Source: Mobula hypostoma (lineage: Eukaryota). From it: a DNA stretch of 64,000 bases. The stretch's first letter is position 1; each line of letters opens with the position of its first letter. Under the pieces are notes generated by a model, which did no database searches, was not told the origin of the DNA, and was given only the letters and a program-made list of their open reading frames with translations. The stretch lies in contig NC_086108.1 in the NCBI RefSeq assembly GCF_963921235.1, positions 9,920,001-9,984,000 on the forward strand, given 5' to 3'. Positions 1-12,369 of this stretch are shown piece after piece. The position numbers were made by a program, and so were the translations under genes.

Positions 1-1006
1 TTCCAGTTTTCCATTGTTCTGTTGGGTGGTTTAATTAAGGCACATGATTCTCATTTGGGCAGGCAGATAAATACCTCTGAGGACCGGGGCTTGGCTGCTT
101 GATTGTTTCTGTCAAAGCCCCCTGTCTGAATCCCTTCTTGGCCCCTTCCTCCTGAAGCCTTGCCGTGCCTGAACCCTTGCCTCGCCTGCAACCTTTGCTT
201 GCACCGCTGTTAAGTTCAACTGCTGGAGCAAGATAAGGAATTGTCTATTGTTGTTTTGAACTGTCTCTGTGTCCACTCCTTCGCTAGGTAGGTCCGGCCG
301 TTTGCTGCTACCTTGAGTGGAGATCTGTCTCTCAGTCTTCTGCTATTGAGTCTTGGCCCTACATCCCGTTTCCAAGGAGGTGTCCCGGATCTGTGTTCCA
401 TGTTCCTTTCTCCCTCGACCACCGAGGCTCTGTGCTCCTGTCTCCCTTGACCACCAAGGCTCTGCACTCCTGTCTCCCTCGACCAAGTCAAGGCTTCATG
501 TTCTCATCCTGTCCATGTGCCTCGCCCAGCCCAGGAGTAATTCACCCAGCCTGGTGCTAGGGTTCCCTCGTCCTGTCCAGGAGTACCTTGTCCTGTCCAA
601 GTCACGTCCAAGTACCTCGCCCTGTCCAAGTCAAGGCTTTGTGCTCTCGTCCTGTCCATGTGCCTCGTCCTGTGCAGGAGTTCCACATCCTGTTCTGTAA
701 CCACATCCAGTTCTGTAGCCATGTCTCGTCCTAGCCTAGTTCCGGTGTCTGAGCCTGAGTAAAGAACCAGGTTCTGGGTTCTTGTCCAGTCTCTAGCTCG
801 GAGTCCAAGCCCAGGCTCCTAGTTCTCAGTTCCTTGTCCTGGTCCCGCTTGCCTAGCCAATGTCCTAGCCCAAGACTATGTTCTTGTCCCAGCTCCTAGT
901 CTGCATCCAGTCACGTCCCTAACTCTAGTCTCTAGTCAGGTCCTGTTCCTAGTAGTTCAGTGTCTGTCTTGCATCTGGGTCCGCTCCCAACGCCCCTCTT
1001 ATGACT
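1..1006 (+). mobile_element. LTR (solo or 3' LTR, 5' end outside window) related to the 47643-50155 element
   Basis: 500-1005 matches the reverse complement of the LTRs at 47643 and 49089 (cagtgtctgtcttgcatctgggtcc...ttatgac end, same internal short tandem repeats). TATA-like gataaata at ~66. Confidence 0.75.
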
Positions 1007-2066
1007 CAACCCTTCCCCGCAGAAAAAAACAGTCACAACAACATCAAATCCCACTCCCTCCCCACAGAAAAAAGTCACAACAGCATCAACTCCCTCACAC
1101 TTTCCCAGCAGAAATAACATTAACAGCATCAAATCCCATCCCTTCCCCACAGAAAAAACAGTTATAACCGCATTTAATCCCCAACCCCTTCCCCACAGAA
1201 AAAAACAGTTATAACAGCATTTAATCCCCAGCAAAAATAATGGTCCAAACAGCATCAAAGCCCAACCACTTCCACGCAGAAAAATCAGTCCCTACAGCAT
1301 TATAACACTCCCTGTTCCCCACAGAAAAAACAGTCATAACAGCATCTAATCCCCAACAGCTTCCATGCAGAAAAAACAGTTACAACAGCATGAATTCCTG
1401 AACATTCCATGCAGAAAAAAATAGTCACAATAGCATTAAATCCCCAATACCATTCCCACAAAAAAAACAGTAACAGCATCAAATCCCTCCCACTCCTGCA
1501 AAAAAACAGTCACAACAGCATCAAATCCCTCCCCTTCCCCACAGAAAAAACAGTCACAACATCAATTCCCCGAACCCCTTCCACACAGAAAAAGTCACAA
1601 GAGCATCAAATCACCCACCCCTTTCGCAGCAGAAGAAACAGTCACAATAGCATCAAATCCCTGACCCCTTCCCAGCAGAAATAACAATCAAAACAGCATC
1701 AAATCCCAACCACTTCCCGGCAGAAAAATCAGTCACAACAGCATCATTACACATCCCGTTCCCCGCAGAAAAACATTCACAACACCATCAAATCCCCAAC
1801 CCCTTGCCACACAGAAAAACAGTCACAATACCATCAAATCCCCACCCCATCCCCACAGACAAAACAGTCACAGCAGCATCAAATCCCAATCTCTTCCCCG
1901 CAAAAAAAAATTCACAAGAGCATCAAATCCCACCTGTTCCCCCCAGAAAAAACATTCACAACAGCGTCAAATCCTCAACCGTTCCCCGCAGAAAAACCAG
2001 TTGCAACAGCATCAAATCCCCAATCCCTTCCCTGCAAAAAAAAACATTCACAAAAGCATCAAATCC
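1007..2066. repeat. ~44-bp satellite, left part
   Basis: Diverged tandem unit like cagaaaaaacagtcacaacagcatcaaatcccaccccttcccc. Confidence 0.95.
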
Positions 2067-2070
2067 TTTT

Positions 2071-2505
2071 GATGGTAGTTTGCCTCCCTGGTGCCAGGGT
2101 CCGGGATGTTTCTGACCGCGTCCAAGATATTCTGAAGTGGGAGGGTGAGGGGCCAGAGGTCGTGGTACATATAGGTACCGATGACATAAGTAGGAAAAGG
2201 AAGAGGTCCTGAAAGGAGAATATAGGGAGCTAGGAAGGGAGTTGAGAAGAAGGACCGCAAAGGTAGTAATCTCAGGATTACTGCCTGTGCCACGCGACAG
2301 TGAGAGTAGGAATGGAATGAAGGGGAGGATAAATGTGTGGCTGAGGGATTGGAGCAGGGGGCAGGGATTCAAGTTTCTGGATCATTGGGACCTCTTTTGG
2401 GGCAGGTGTGATTTGTACAAAAAGGACAGGTTGCACTTGAATCCTAGGGGGACAAATATCCTGGCAGGGAGATTTGCGAAGCCTACTGGGGAGACTTTAA
2501 ACTAG
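2071..2505 (+). pseudogene. CR1 ORF1 SGNH-esterase domain, frameshifted
   Basis: CLPGARV, VVHIGTDD, VVISGLLP and D.LHLNPRG motifs. Confidence 0.85.
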
Positions 2506-2716
2506 AATGGTTGGGGGGGTGGGAATCAAATTGAAGAGAGTAGGAGAGAGGAGGTTAGTTCACAAATAAAGAAAGCTAGTAGACAGTGTGTGAGGGAGGA
2601 TAGACAGGGGACAGAGATCAGGAGCACTCAGACTGAAGATGTAGGGGAGAAGGAAGAAAAAGATAATAAAGTCGTTTGCACCATTAGGGATAAACAGAGT
2701 AAGAGGCGGAGAATTA

Positions 2717-5700
2717 CTTAAATGCATCTGTTTTAATGCTAGGAGCATTGTAAGAAAGGTGGATGAGCTTAGAGCATGGATTGATACCTGGAAATATGAT
2801 GCTGTAGCTATTAGTGAAACATGGTTGTAGGAGGGGTGTGATTGGCAACTGAATATTCCAGGATTTCGTTGCTTCAGGTGTGATAGAATAGGAGGGGCAA
2901 GAGGGGGAGGTGTTGCATTGCTTGTCAGAGAAAATATTACAGCGGTGCTTTGGCAGGATAGATTAGAGGGCTTGTCTAGGGAGGCTATTTGGGTTGGATT
3001 GAGGAATGAGAAAGGTGTAGTAATATTTATAGGGGTGTAATATAGACCACCTAATGGGGAGCGAGAATCGGAGAAGCAAACTTGTAAGGAGATAGCAGAC
3101 ATTTGTAGTAAGCACAAGGTTGTGATTGTGGGAGATTTTAATTTTCCACACATAGACTGGGAAGCCCATTCTGTAAAAGTGCTGGATGGTTTGGAGTTTG
3201 TAAAATGTGTGCAAGATAGTTTTTTGCAGCAATACATAGAGGTAGCAACTAGAGAAGGGGCAGTGTTGGATCTCCTGTTAGGGAATGAGACAGGGCAGGT
3301 GATGGAGGTATGTGTTGGGGAGCACTTCGGGTCCAGTGATCACAATACCATTAGTTTCAATATAATTATGGAGAAGGATAGGACTGGACCCAGGGTTGAG
3401 ATTTTTGATTGGAGAAAGGCTAACTTTGAGGAAATGCGAAAGGATTTAGAAGGAGTGGATTGGGACAATTTGTTTTATGGGAAGGATGTAATAGACAAAT
3501 GGAGGTCATTTAAAGGTGAAATTTTGAGGGTACAGAATCTTTATGTTCCTGTTAGGTTGAAAGGAAAGGTTAAAAGTTTGAAAGAGCCATAGTTTTCAAG
3601 GAATATTGGAAATTTGGTTTGGAAAAAGAGAGAGATCTACAATATATATAGGCAGCATGGAGTAAATGAGGTACTCGAGGAATATAAAGAATGTAAAAAG
3701 AATCTTAAGAAAGAGATTAGAAAAGCTAAAAGAAGATATGAGGTTGCTTTGGCAAGTAAGGTGAAAATAAATCCAAAGGGTTTCTATGGTTATATTAGTA
3801 GCAAAAGGACAGTGAGGGATAAAATTGGTCCCTTAGAGAATCAGAGTGGACAGCTATGTGCGGAGCCAAAAGAGATGGGGGAGATTTTGACAATTTCTTT
3901 TCTTCGGTATTCACTAAGGAGAAGGTTATTGAATTCTGTAAGGTAAGGGAAAAAAGTAGGGTAGTTATGGAAACTACGATGATTAAAGAAGAGGAAGTAC
4001 TGGCACTTTTAAGGAATATAAAAGTGGTTAAGTCTCCGGGTCCTGACAGGATATTCCCTAGGACCTTGAGGGAAGTTAGTGTGGAAATAGCAGGGGCTCT
4101 GACAGAAATATTTCAAATGTCATTAGAAACGGGGATGGTGCCGGAGGATTGGCGTATTGCTCATGTGGTTCCATTGTTTAAAAAGGGTTCTAAGAGTTAT
4201 CCTGGCAATTATCGGCCTGTAAGTTTGATGTGAGTGGTGGGTAAATTAATGGAAAGTATTCTTAGAGATGGTATATACAATTATCTGGATAGACAGGGTC
4301 TGATTAGGAACAGTCAACATGGATTTGTACTTGGAAATTCATGTTTGACAAATCTTACTGAATTTTTTGAAGAGGTTACTAGGAAAATTGATGATGGTAA
4401 AGCAGTGGATGTTGTCTATATGGACTTCAGTAAGGCCTTTGACAAGGTTCCACACGGAAGGTTAGCTAGTAAGGTTCAATCGTTAGGTATTAATATTGAA
4501 GTAGTAAAATGGATTCAACAGTGGTTGGATGGGAGATGCCAGAGAGTAGTGGTGGATAACTGTTTGTCAGGTTGGAGGCCAGTGACTAGTGGTGTGCCTC
4601 AGGGATCTGTACTGGGTCCAATGTTGTTTGTCACATTAGTGATCTGGATGATGGGGTGGTAAATTGGATGAGTAAGTATGCAGATGATACTAAGATAGGT
4701 GGCGTTGTGGATAATGAAGTAGGTTTTCAAAGCTTACAGAGAGATTTGGGCCAGTTAGGAGAATGGGCTGAAAGATGGCAGATGGAGTTTAATGCTGATA
4801 AGTGTGAGGTGCTACATTTAGATTAGATTATGAGGACACTCAGTCCTCGTTCATTGTCATTTGGAAATGCATGCATTAAAAAATGACATAATGTTCCTCC
4901 AGAATGATATCACAAGAAACACAGGACAAACCAAGACTAAAACTGACAAAACCAGATAATTATAACAATTAGTTACAACAGTGCAAAGCAATACCATAAT
5001 TTGATAAAGAGCAGACCATGGGCACGGTAAAAAAAAAATCTCAAAGTCCCGATAGCCTCATCATCTCACACAGATGGTAGAAGGGGAAACTCTCCCTGCC
5101 ATGAACCTCCAAGCGCTGCAAACTTGCCGATGCAGCACCATTGGAAGCACCTGACCGCAGCGGACTCTTGAGTCCGTCCAAAAACTTCGAGCCTCCGACC
5201 AGCTCCTCAGACACAGCCTCTCCGAGCACCATCCTCTGCCAAGCGCTTTGACCCCACCCCGGCCGCAAGCAACATGCAAAGCCGAGGACTTGGGGCCTTC
5301 CCTTCCGGAGACTCTGGATCACACAGTAGCAGCAGCAGCGAAGCAGGCATTTCAGAAGTTTCACCAGATGTTCCTCTGTGCTCTCACGTCCACCTCCATC
5401 AAATCAGGATTGTGCACGGCACCCTACTTGACCACCAGAGTGGCTACTGCGAGCTGCGTCACATCGCCACCTTCTCCTCCCTCTTGATAGGACTAATCAA
5501 AACAGGACATACATGGTAAACGGTAGGACATTGAGGAATGCAGTAGAACAGAGGGATCTAGGAATAATGGTGCATAGTTCCCTGAAGGTGGAATCTCATG
5601 TGCATAGGGTGGTGAAGAAAGCTTTTGGTATGCTGACCTTTATAAATCAGAGCGTTGAGTAGAGGAGTTGGGATGTAATGCTAAAATTGTACAAGACATT

Positions 5701-6150
5701 GGTGAGGCCAAATTTGGAGTATTGTGCACAGTTCTGGTCACTGAATTATAGGAAAGATGTCAACAAAATGGAGAGAGTACACAGGAGATTTACTAGAATG
5801 TTACCTGGGTTTCAGCACCTAAGTTACAGAGAAAGATTGAACAAGTTAGTCTTTATTCTTTGGAGAGTAAAAGGTTGAGGGGGGACTTGATAGAGATATT
5901 TAAAATTATGAGGGGGATAGGCAGAGTTGACGTGGATAGGCTTTTTTCATTGAGTGTGGGGGAGATTCAAACAAAAGGACATGAGTTGAGAGTTAGGGGG
6001 CAAAAGTTTAGGAGTAATATGAGAGGGAACTTCTTTACTCAGAGAATGGTAGCTGTGTGGAATGAGCTTCCAGTAGAGGCACGTTTGATTTTGTCATTTA
6101 AAAAAAATTGGATAGGTATATGGACAGGAAAGGAACCGAGGGTTATGGGC
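2717..6150 (+). pseudogene. CR1 ORF2 endonuclease/reverse transcriptase, disrupted
   Basis: [48 protein letters not shown] and YADD motifs with stops, frameshifts and an insertion at 4819-5483. Confidence 0.95.
4819..5483 (-). mobile_element. Non-coding non-autonomous retroposon nested in CR1 (same family as 10517-11132)
   Basis: Interrupts the CR1 at ctacatt/ttgatagg. Minus strand starts ggaggagaaggtggcg, ends aaatgacaatgaa...(taatc)n, and is collinear with 10517-11132. Confidence 0.8.
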
Positions 6151-6254
6151 TGAGTGCAGGTCAATTTGACTAGGTGAGAGTAAGAGTTCGGCATGGACTA
6201 GAAGGGCTGAGATGGCCTGTTTCCGTGCTGTAATTGTTATATGGTTATATGGTT

Positions 6255-7070
6255 AAATCCCATCTGTTCCCCGCAGAAAAAACAATCACAACAGCATTAA
6301 ATCCTCAACCCTTCCCCGCAGAAAAAAACAGTCACAAGAGCATCAAATCCCCAACTACTTCCATGCAGAAAAATCAGTCACAACCGCATCAAGTTACACC
6401 CCTTCCACGCAGAAGGAGCAGTCACAACAACATCAAATCCCCGAACCCCTTCCACACAGAAAAAAGTCAGAAGAGCATCAAATCACCCATCCTTTCGCAG
6501 CAGAAAAAACAGTCACAACAGCATCAAATCCCTGACCCCTTCCCAGCAGAAATAACAATCAAAACAGCATTCAATCCCAAACACTTCCCGGCAGAAAAAT
6601 CAGTCACAACAGCATCATAACACACCCCGTTCCCCACTTAAAAAACAGTCATAACACCATCAAATCCCACCCACTCTCTGCAGAAAAAACAGTAACAACA
6701 GCATCAAATTCCAACACCTTCCCCGCAGAAAAAGCAGTCACACAAGCAACAAATCTCACCCTGACCCCGAAGAACAAACAGTCACAGTTGTATCAAATCC
6801 CACCCCTTCCCTGCAGGAAAAACAGTCACAATAACATCAAATCCCACCCCTTCCCCACAGAAAAAACAGTCACAATTGCATCAAATCCCACCCCTTTCCT
6901 GCAGAAAAAACGGTCACAACAACATCAAATCCCTCCCTTCCCCCCAGAAAAAACAGTCACAACAGCATCAAATCCCACCCCTTCCCCTCAGAAAAACATC
7001 TGCGACAATAACAATCCCCTAACCCCCAACCTCAAACATGAACAGTGACAGTAGCATCAAAGTCCCCAAC
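6255..7070. repeat. ~44-bp satellite, right part
   Basis: Same unit resumes after the CR1; cagtcac-type motif recurs at 6823, 6867, 6911 and 6954. Confidence 0.95.
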
Positions 7071-8174
7071 CCACCCCCCACACATCAAAAATTAACAGAT
7101 CATCCACCTGCCAATCGGCCATGTGAATGAAAACAGCAAAAAACTGAGGGAGACCAATAATCGTGTAAATCTCAGAATATTAAAACATCTTTCCACCTCC
7201 GTTGGCAGCAATTGCTGACCAGGCTTGAATGCTGGTGACCTCACTGCTGACTGTTGTCAACCTGGTGGCCTCTGCTGGGACCCCCCTTTGTGTTCACCTC
7301 AATGCCTGAATCTTCCTCGATGCTTCGAAATGGAGTCATTCATGACCCATACCCCGTCTCTGATCTCCTCGAGTCATTTCATGTTCTCAGTCCCTTTGAC
7401 TCCCCGACTCTGATCTCTGAGTTAGCTCTCCGTGCACAGCAGTGCGCTGGATCATCTGATCGAGTTTCAACCTGCACGCCACAGGCTCCAACTGTTTCTG
7501 TAACGTTAACAAGACAGAAAGAACAAGCAGAAGGCATAGAGAAAGAGAAATAATTTGAGAGATTGGCTATCTGAATGATGTCACCCGAGGCTCACTAGCG
7601 CCATCTTGACCAGAGGTAAACCTATTAAACCCTTGTGATCAATTAAGGATTCAAAAGGTTCAAAGTTCATTTATCATCAAAGTCTGTCTGCAGTATACAA
7701 CCCTGAGATTTGTCTTCCACACAGCCAGCCGTGAAACAAAAAAACATGGAGTCCGTTCAAAGAAAAACACCTTCCCTTTCCACGTGCAAAAAAAAATCGC
7801 TCAAATGAAAGCAAAAAAAAAATGCGTGAAAACCCAGAATATAAAGCACAAAAATCGAAAGATTCCATACTTAGTTCAGCCCAGTGTTTCTTATCTGCAG
7901 GCTGCCCTAGTTCAAAATTGCCCAAGTAACAACAGAAAAAGGAGCAACCAGAAACCAGAAACATATTATAACGTGAACCACAGTCCACTCCACAAACCGC
8001 AGACCCAGAACTTCTGCACTATCCTTTGACAGCATCGAGGGAAGAGAGAGAGAGACCACTCGAATGCATATGGGATGTGGGAAGCATCTAGAGCACCCAG
8101 AGGAAATCCACATGGTCACGGGGAGAACATGCAAATTCCTTACAGACAATGGTGGGAATGTCACCATATACTAT

Positions 8175-8905
8175 CTTGAGATTAATTCAGGCAGTTTCAG
8201 GAAAAATAAATACAATGGAATTTATTAAAAAACTCTACATAAAGACTGACGAACAATTGATGTGCTGAAGAAGATAAGTTATGCAAATAACAAATAAATA
8301 ATATTGAGAACATGAGTTGTAGAATCCTTGGAAGTGAGTCTGCAGGATGTGTAATCAGTTCTGAGTTGTGGTGAGTGAAGTTATCCACACTGGTTCAGGA
8401 GCCTGATGGTTGTGGGGTAATAACTGTTCCTGAACCTGGTGGTGTGGGACCTGAGGCTCATTGTGGTGAGTGAAGTTACCCACACTGGTTCAGGAGCCTG
8501 ATGGTTGTGGGGTAATAACTGTTCCTGAACCTGGTGGTGTGGGACCTGAGGCTCATTGTGATGAGTGAAGTTACCCACACTGGTTCAGGAGCCTGATGGT
8601 TGTGGGGTAATAACTGTTCCTGAACCTGGTGGTGTGGGACCTGAGGCTCATTGTGGTGAGTGAAGTTATCCCCCCTGGTTCAGGAGCCTGATGGTTGTGG
8701 GGTAATAACTGTTCCTGAACCTGGTGGTGTGGGACCTGAGGCTCCTGTATCTCCAGTCCGATGGTAGTAGCAAGAAGAGAGCATGGTCTGGATGGTGGGG
8801 TGGGGGGAGGGTGTGGTGGTGTCCTAAGTTATTGGATGCTGCTTTCTTGTGGTAAAGCTGCTTGTAAATGTGCTCTGTAGTAGGGAGGGCTTTGCCTTTT
8901 ATGAC
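8175..8905 (-). mobile_element. Rex1/Babar- or L2-type LINE 3' fragment carrying a tandem array
   Basis: HALFLLLPSDWRYRSLRSHTTRFRNSYYPTTIRLLN C-terminal motif. Confidence 0.75.
8366..8744 (-). repeat. 95-bp tandem array, 4 units
   Basis: tggttcaggagcc recurs at 8391, 8486, 8581 and 8676. Confidence 0.95.
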
Positions 8906-9321
8906 AAAACATTCTGTCTTTTGTGTACAAGAACATCTCGATCCCTTGGTGTTCCACTCTCTTCCAGCCTTTCTCCATGTAGACAATAGCTTGCCTTTTG
9001 AATCCACTTACCAATGCATAACCTCACACTTTCTACAATAAACCCTACTTTGCTCATTTACTCAACCCGTTTATAATTTACTGTGCTCACAATATCCTTT
9101 TGCAACTATTTGAATATCATTTGTTAAGTTGAATATCCTACATTCGGCTGTCTCCTCTGAGTCATATTTGAGAGTTAAGAGCTGATCCATGTGGTGCTCC
9201 TCTGGTTACATCGTTCTGGTCTGAACAGACGCATTCAATGCCGTTGTTTGGCTTGAATCCACGTGAATTCACTTCCTTCAAAGCTGTGGCTTCTGTAACT
9301 TCAAAGCATTAAACTAATTCA

Positions 9322-9440
9322 AGCAACACACACAAAAAATGTTGGTGGAACATAGCAGGCCAGGCAGCATCTATAGGAAGAGGTACAGTCGATGTTTCGG
9401 GCCAAGACCCTTCGTCAGGACTAAATGAAAGAAGACATAG
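9322..9440 (-). mobile_element. Penelope-like terminal repeat with minimal hammerhead motif
   Basis: Minus strand AGTC-CTGACGA-AGGGTC-TT-GGCCC-GAAAC-ATC-GACT. Confidence 0.7.
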
Positions 9441-9639
9441 ATCTAACTTCGAGTTTAATTTAAGTGACGCACGTATCATATGATAGCACGAAGATGTATG
9501 CAACTAACGTATATTTTACACATGACCTGTAATGAATTATTTAAATGAACAAAATGCTTAATCAAACAATATATTTACAAGATTACTGAAATATTATTGA
9601 AATACTAAATACAGAGTAACAAGTCCCTCCTGATCACCA

Positions 9640-9830
9640 AGCCTGCGCTGCCCTATTACCCCCAGGTGACCGATTAAGCAACAATCCCGTACGTCTTTGA
9701 GAGGAAACCGGAGGAATCCCACACAGTGATGGGGAGAGTGTACAAACTCCTTATAGACGGCATCAGGATTTGAACCTGGGCCGCTGATGCTCCAAAAGTG
9801 TTGCACCGGTAGCTACGCTATTTGGCCGCA
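9640..9830 (-). mobile_element. V-domain tRNA-derived SINE (HE1-like); other copies ~8060-8160, 14300-14535, 21826-21960, 24050-24255, 36720-36960, 60470-60640, 62655-62755
   Basis: Variants of the ggagtttgtacgttctccccgtgactgcgtgggtttcctccgggtgctccggtttcctc V-domain; B-box-like ggttcaaatcc in this copy. Confidence 0.7.
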
Positions 9831-10516
9831 CAGGAGGCCCCGTCAGGAGTCTTGTAACAGAACGATTGAAGCTGTCTTTAAGCTCCAGCCTTCCAGGTGT
9901 CGCCACTCATTCGCTGCCAACAGAGCGTGCCCATAGTGCTCGGCAGAACAACACAGAACACAACAAAGCAAGCCTCGTTCCTCCCTCTCACCTTTCCTTC
10001 CACCCACCCACACAGACAGTCCCCCAACCCCAGGGCAGGCTTTCAGCCCTCGACTGGACTCACAGACATTGGGCACCCGAGGTCATATCATTGGAAACCT
10101 CGCAGAAATCCAACAACGTTTCATTCCAATTTAAGCACTGGGCAGAATTGGAAAGGCTGGGTACTGGGCAGCAGGGCCCAGCTCTGAGAGCGTGGGTTGG
10201 ACAATTTAAGCGCCGGGCCAGGGTGTCAGGGCCAGAGGCGAGGGATGGGCTATGAGGGTTACTTGTCTATACGTTGAGCTGAAGCTGTGACCTGTAACTC
10301 ACGGGCTCCTGGATTGGCTGCAGTGATGACGGGCTTCGCGACCGTGAACTCACATTTGTGAACTTCAGTTCTTTGAATGCTTTTGTTGTTTGCACGATTT
10401 GTGTCTGACGGTCTTCTTTTCTGTCATAGGTTCAACTGGATTTCTTTGTTTCGTGGCTGCCTGTAAGGAAATAAATCTCAAGGTTGTGTATACATAGTAT
10501 ACATAGCTCACAGGCA

Positions 10517-11132
10517 GGAGGAGAAGATGGCAACGTGCTGCGCATGCGCAGCTCTCTGGTGAAAAATGATATTGTAACTGTTAAATAGGGGCTGTGGACA
10601 ATTCTGATTTGATGGAGAGGGACGTGAAAGCACAGAGGAACATCTGGAGAAATTTCTGAAACGCCCATTTACTGCTGTTGTTACTGCGTGGTCGGGAATC
10701 TTTCAGAGGGTAGGCCTCAAAATCCCTGGCCTTGCCTGCTTTTGGCGACTGAGAAAGAGGTCGAATCGCTCGGACAGAGATGGTGCTCAGTACTCGGTGT
10801 CGGAGAGCTGATCAGAGCTCGAAGTTTTCGGATGACTCAGAGTCGGATTGTGGTCGGCATGGCAGGGAGAGTTTTTCTTCCTTCTCCCGCCTGCGTGAGA
10901 TGTGGGACATTTGAGAGACTTTGAACTTTACTGTGCTCATGGACTTCATCAAGTTGTGGTATTGTTGCACTGTTGTAACTACATGTTATAATTATGTGGT
11001 TCTGTCAGTTATTTTCAGTCTTGGTTTGTCCTGTGTTTTGTGATATCACACCGGAGGAAATAACGTATCATTTCTTAATGCATGCATTACTAAATGACAA
11101 TAAAAGGGGACTGCGTGTCTTTATAATCTAAT
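10517..11132 (+). mobile_element. Non-coding non-autonomous retroposon with AAGATGGC head
   Basis: Starts ggaggagaagatggcaac, ends aaatgacaataaa...ataatctaat, and is homologous to 4819-5483. Confidence 0.75.
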
Positions 11133-11218
11133 ACTGTGAACTTTGAACCTACAGATTCCCCTCGACTGATCGTTCACACAACTCGAGGAAATTGATTAAA
11201 CATGATTTTCCTTCTATG

Positions 11219-12128
11219 TGTGACAAGAATACACATAGATAAGATATTAGCTGTCCTGTGTGATCAGCAGTTGGTCTGACACCTGTCTTCGGGAGAGAGA
11301 GAGATAAGGAAGACAATGGAGCAGCTTTTGAAGATGTGTAATGAAGGGACGGGAGAGAGAGAGCTGTCTAGAGCGGCTCCCCCTTTGAACCCTGAACTGT
11401 TTGAAGTGATGGACAGGCGATCTGGAGATGTGTAATGAAGGGACGGGGGAGAGAGCTGTCTGGAGCGGCTCCCCCTTTGAACCCTGAACTGTTTGAAGTG
11501 ATGGACAGGCGATACCCCAGCAGGGGGATAAAAAGGGACAGGTTCGCTAAGGCAGGACACACGACACCCGAGGTAACGAGACCCTGGAAGCGGTGCGTCT
11601 CTCACAAGTCGGTGGGAAGTACCGGGCCTTAAACGCACAGGGTGGAAAGGCACGATCGGCGGGAACCTGGTGTGTGTCCACCCTTGCCTGGGTGCCAGGT
11701 TCAGCGCAGAGAAACGGTCATATCTGGAAACGGAGGGGTCACGGTCGGTGACCTCAGATGACATCACAAAGGACTCGCCCGAAAGCTGACTGCGAAGGTC
11801 TGTGTGGAAGCTGTGTTGAATATTCATTCGTCTTGCTCTCTCTCTCTCCCCCCCCCACTGTCCATCGCCACGGCAACGATTACTGCGAACTGAACTAAAT
11901 TGAACTGAACTTTGTGTCACTTTGAAACTGGTCATTTGCCCCTAGACAACGATAGAGCTTGATTGATCCTGTTATCTTAATTCTGTGCACATGTGTGTTT
12001 ATCATTGCTGAACTGTTGCATTTATTATCCTTTTGATTAGAGTACTGTGTTGCTTGTTTCTTTAATAAAACTTTCTTAGTTCTAGTAATCCAGACTCCAA
12101 CTGAGTGATCCATTTCTGCTGGTTTGGC
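11219..12128 (+). mobile_element. Solo LTR-like element with an irregular 3' junction, flanked by a 115-bp duplication
   Basis: Starts TGTGACA, has a gataaaa TATA-like motif (~11527), aataaa (~12064) and an internal ~90-bp tandem duplication (~11331-11512). Confidence 0.7.
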
Positions 12129-12369
12129 AGGGGACTGCGTGTCTTTATAATCTAATACTGTGAACTTTGAACCTACAGATTCCCCTCGACTGATCATTCA
12201 CACAACTCGAGGAAATTGATTAAACATGATTTTCCTTCTATGTTAACAGTTCAACTGCACCAGCTTCTCTAAGTGACTTGATTACAGTCTCTGTACCTTC
12301 CTATTAAACCCAGACATACAGTATAGCTTCTCACCTTTAGTCTCCTTCTCTTAACCAGGGCAATGACAC

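Larger units (their letters stand above)
2067..6254 (+). mobile_element. CR1 LINE, 5'-truncated within ORF1, inserted in the satellite
   Basis: ORF1 esterase plus ORF2 APE/RT remnants, (atatggtt)n tail, and AAATCC on both flanks (2061-2066, 6255-6260) as a candidate TSD. Confidence 0.95.

Noticed and set aside
9447..9613. Possible AT-rich solo LTR fragment (minus strand starts TGTATTTAG)
   Set aside because: Only one terminus is visible, with no TSD and no second copy.
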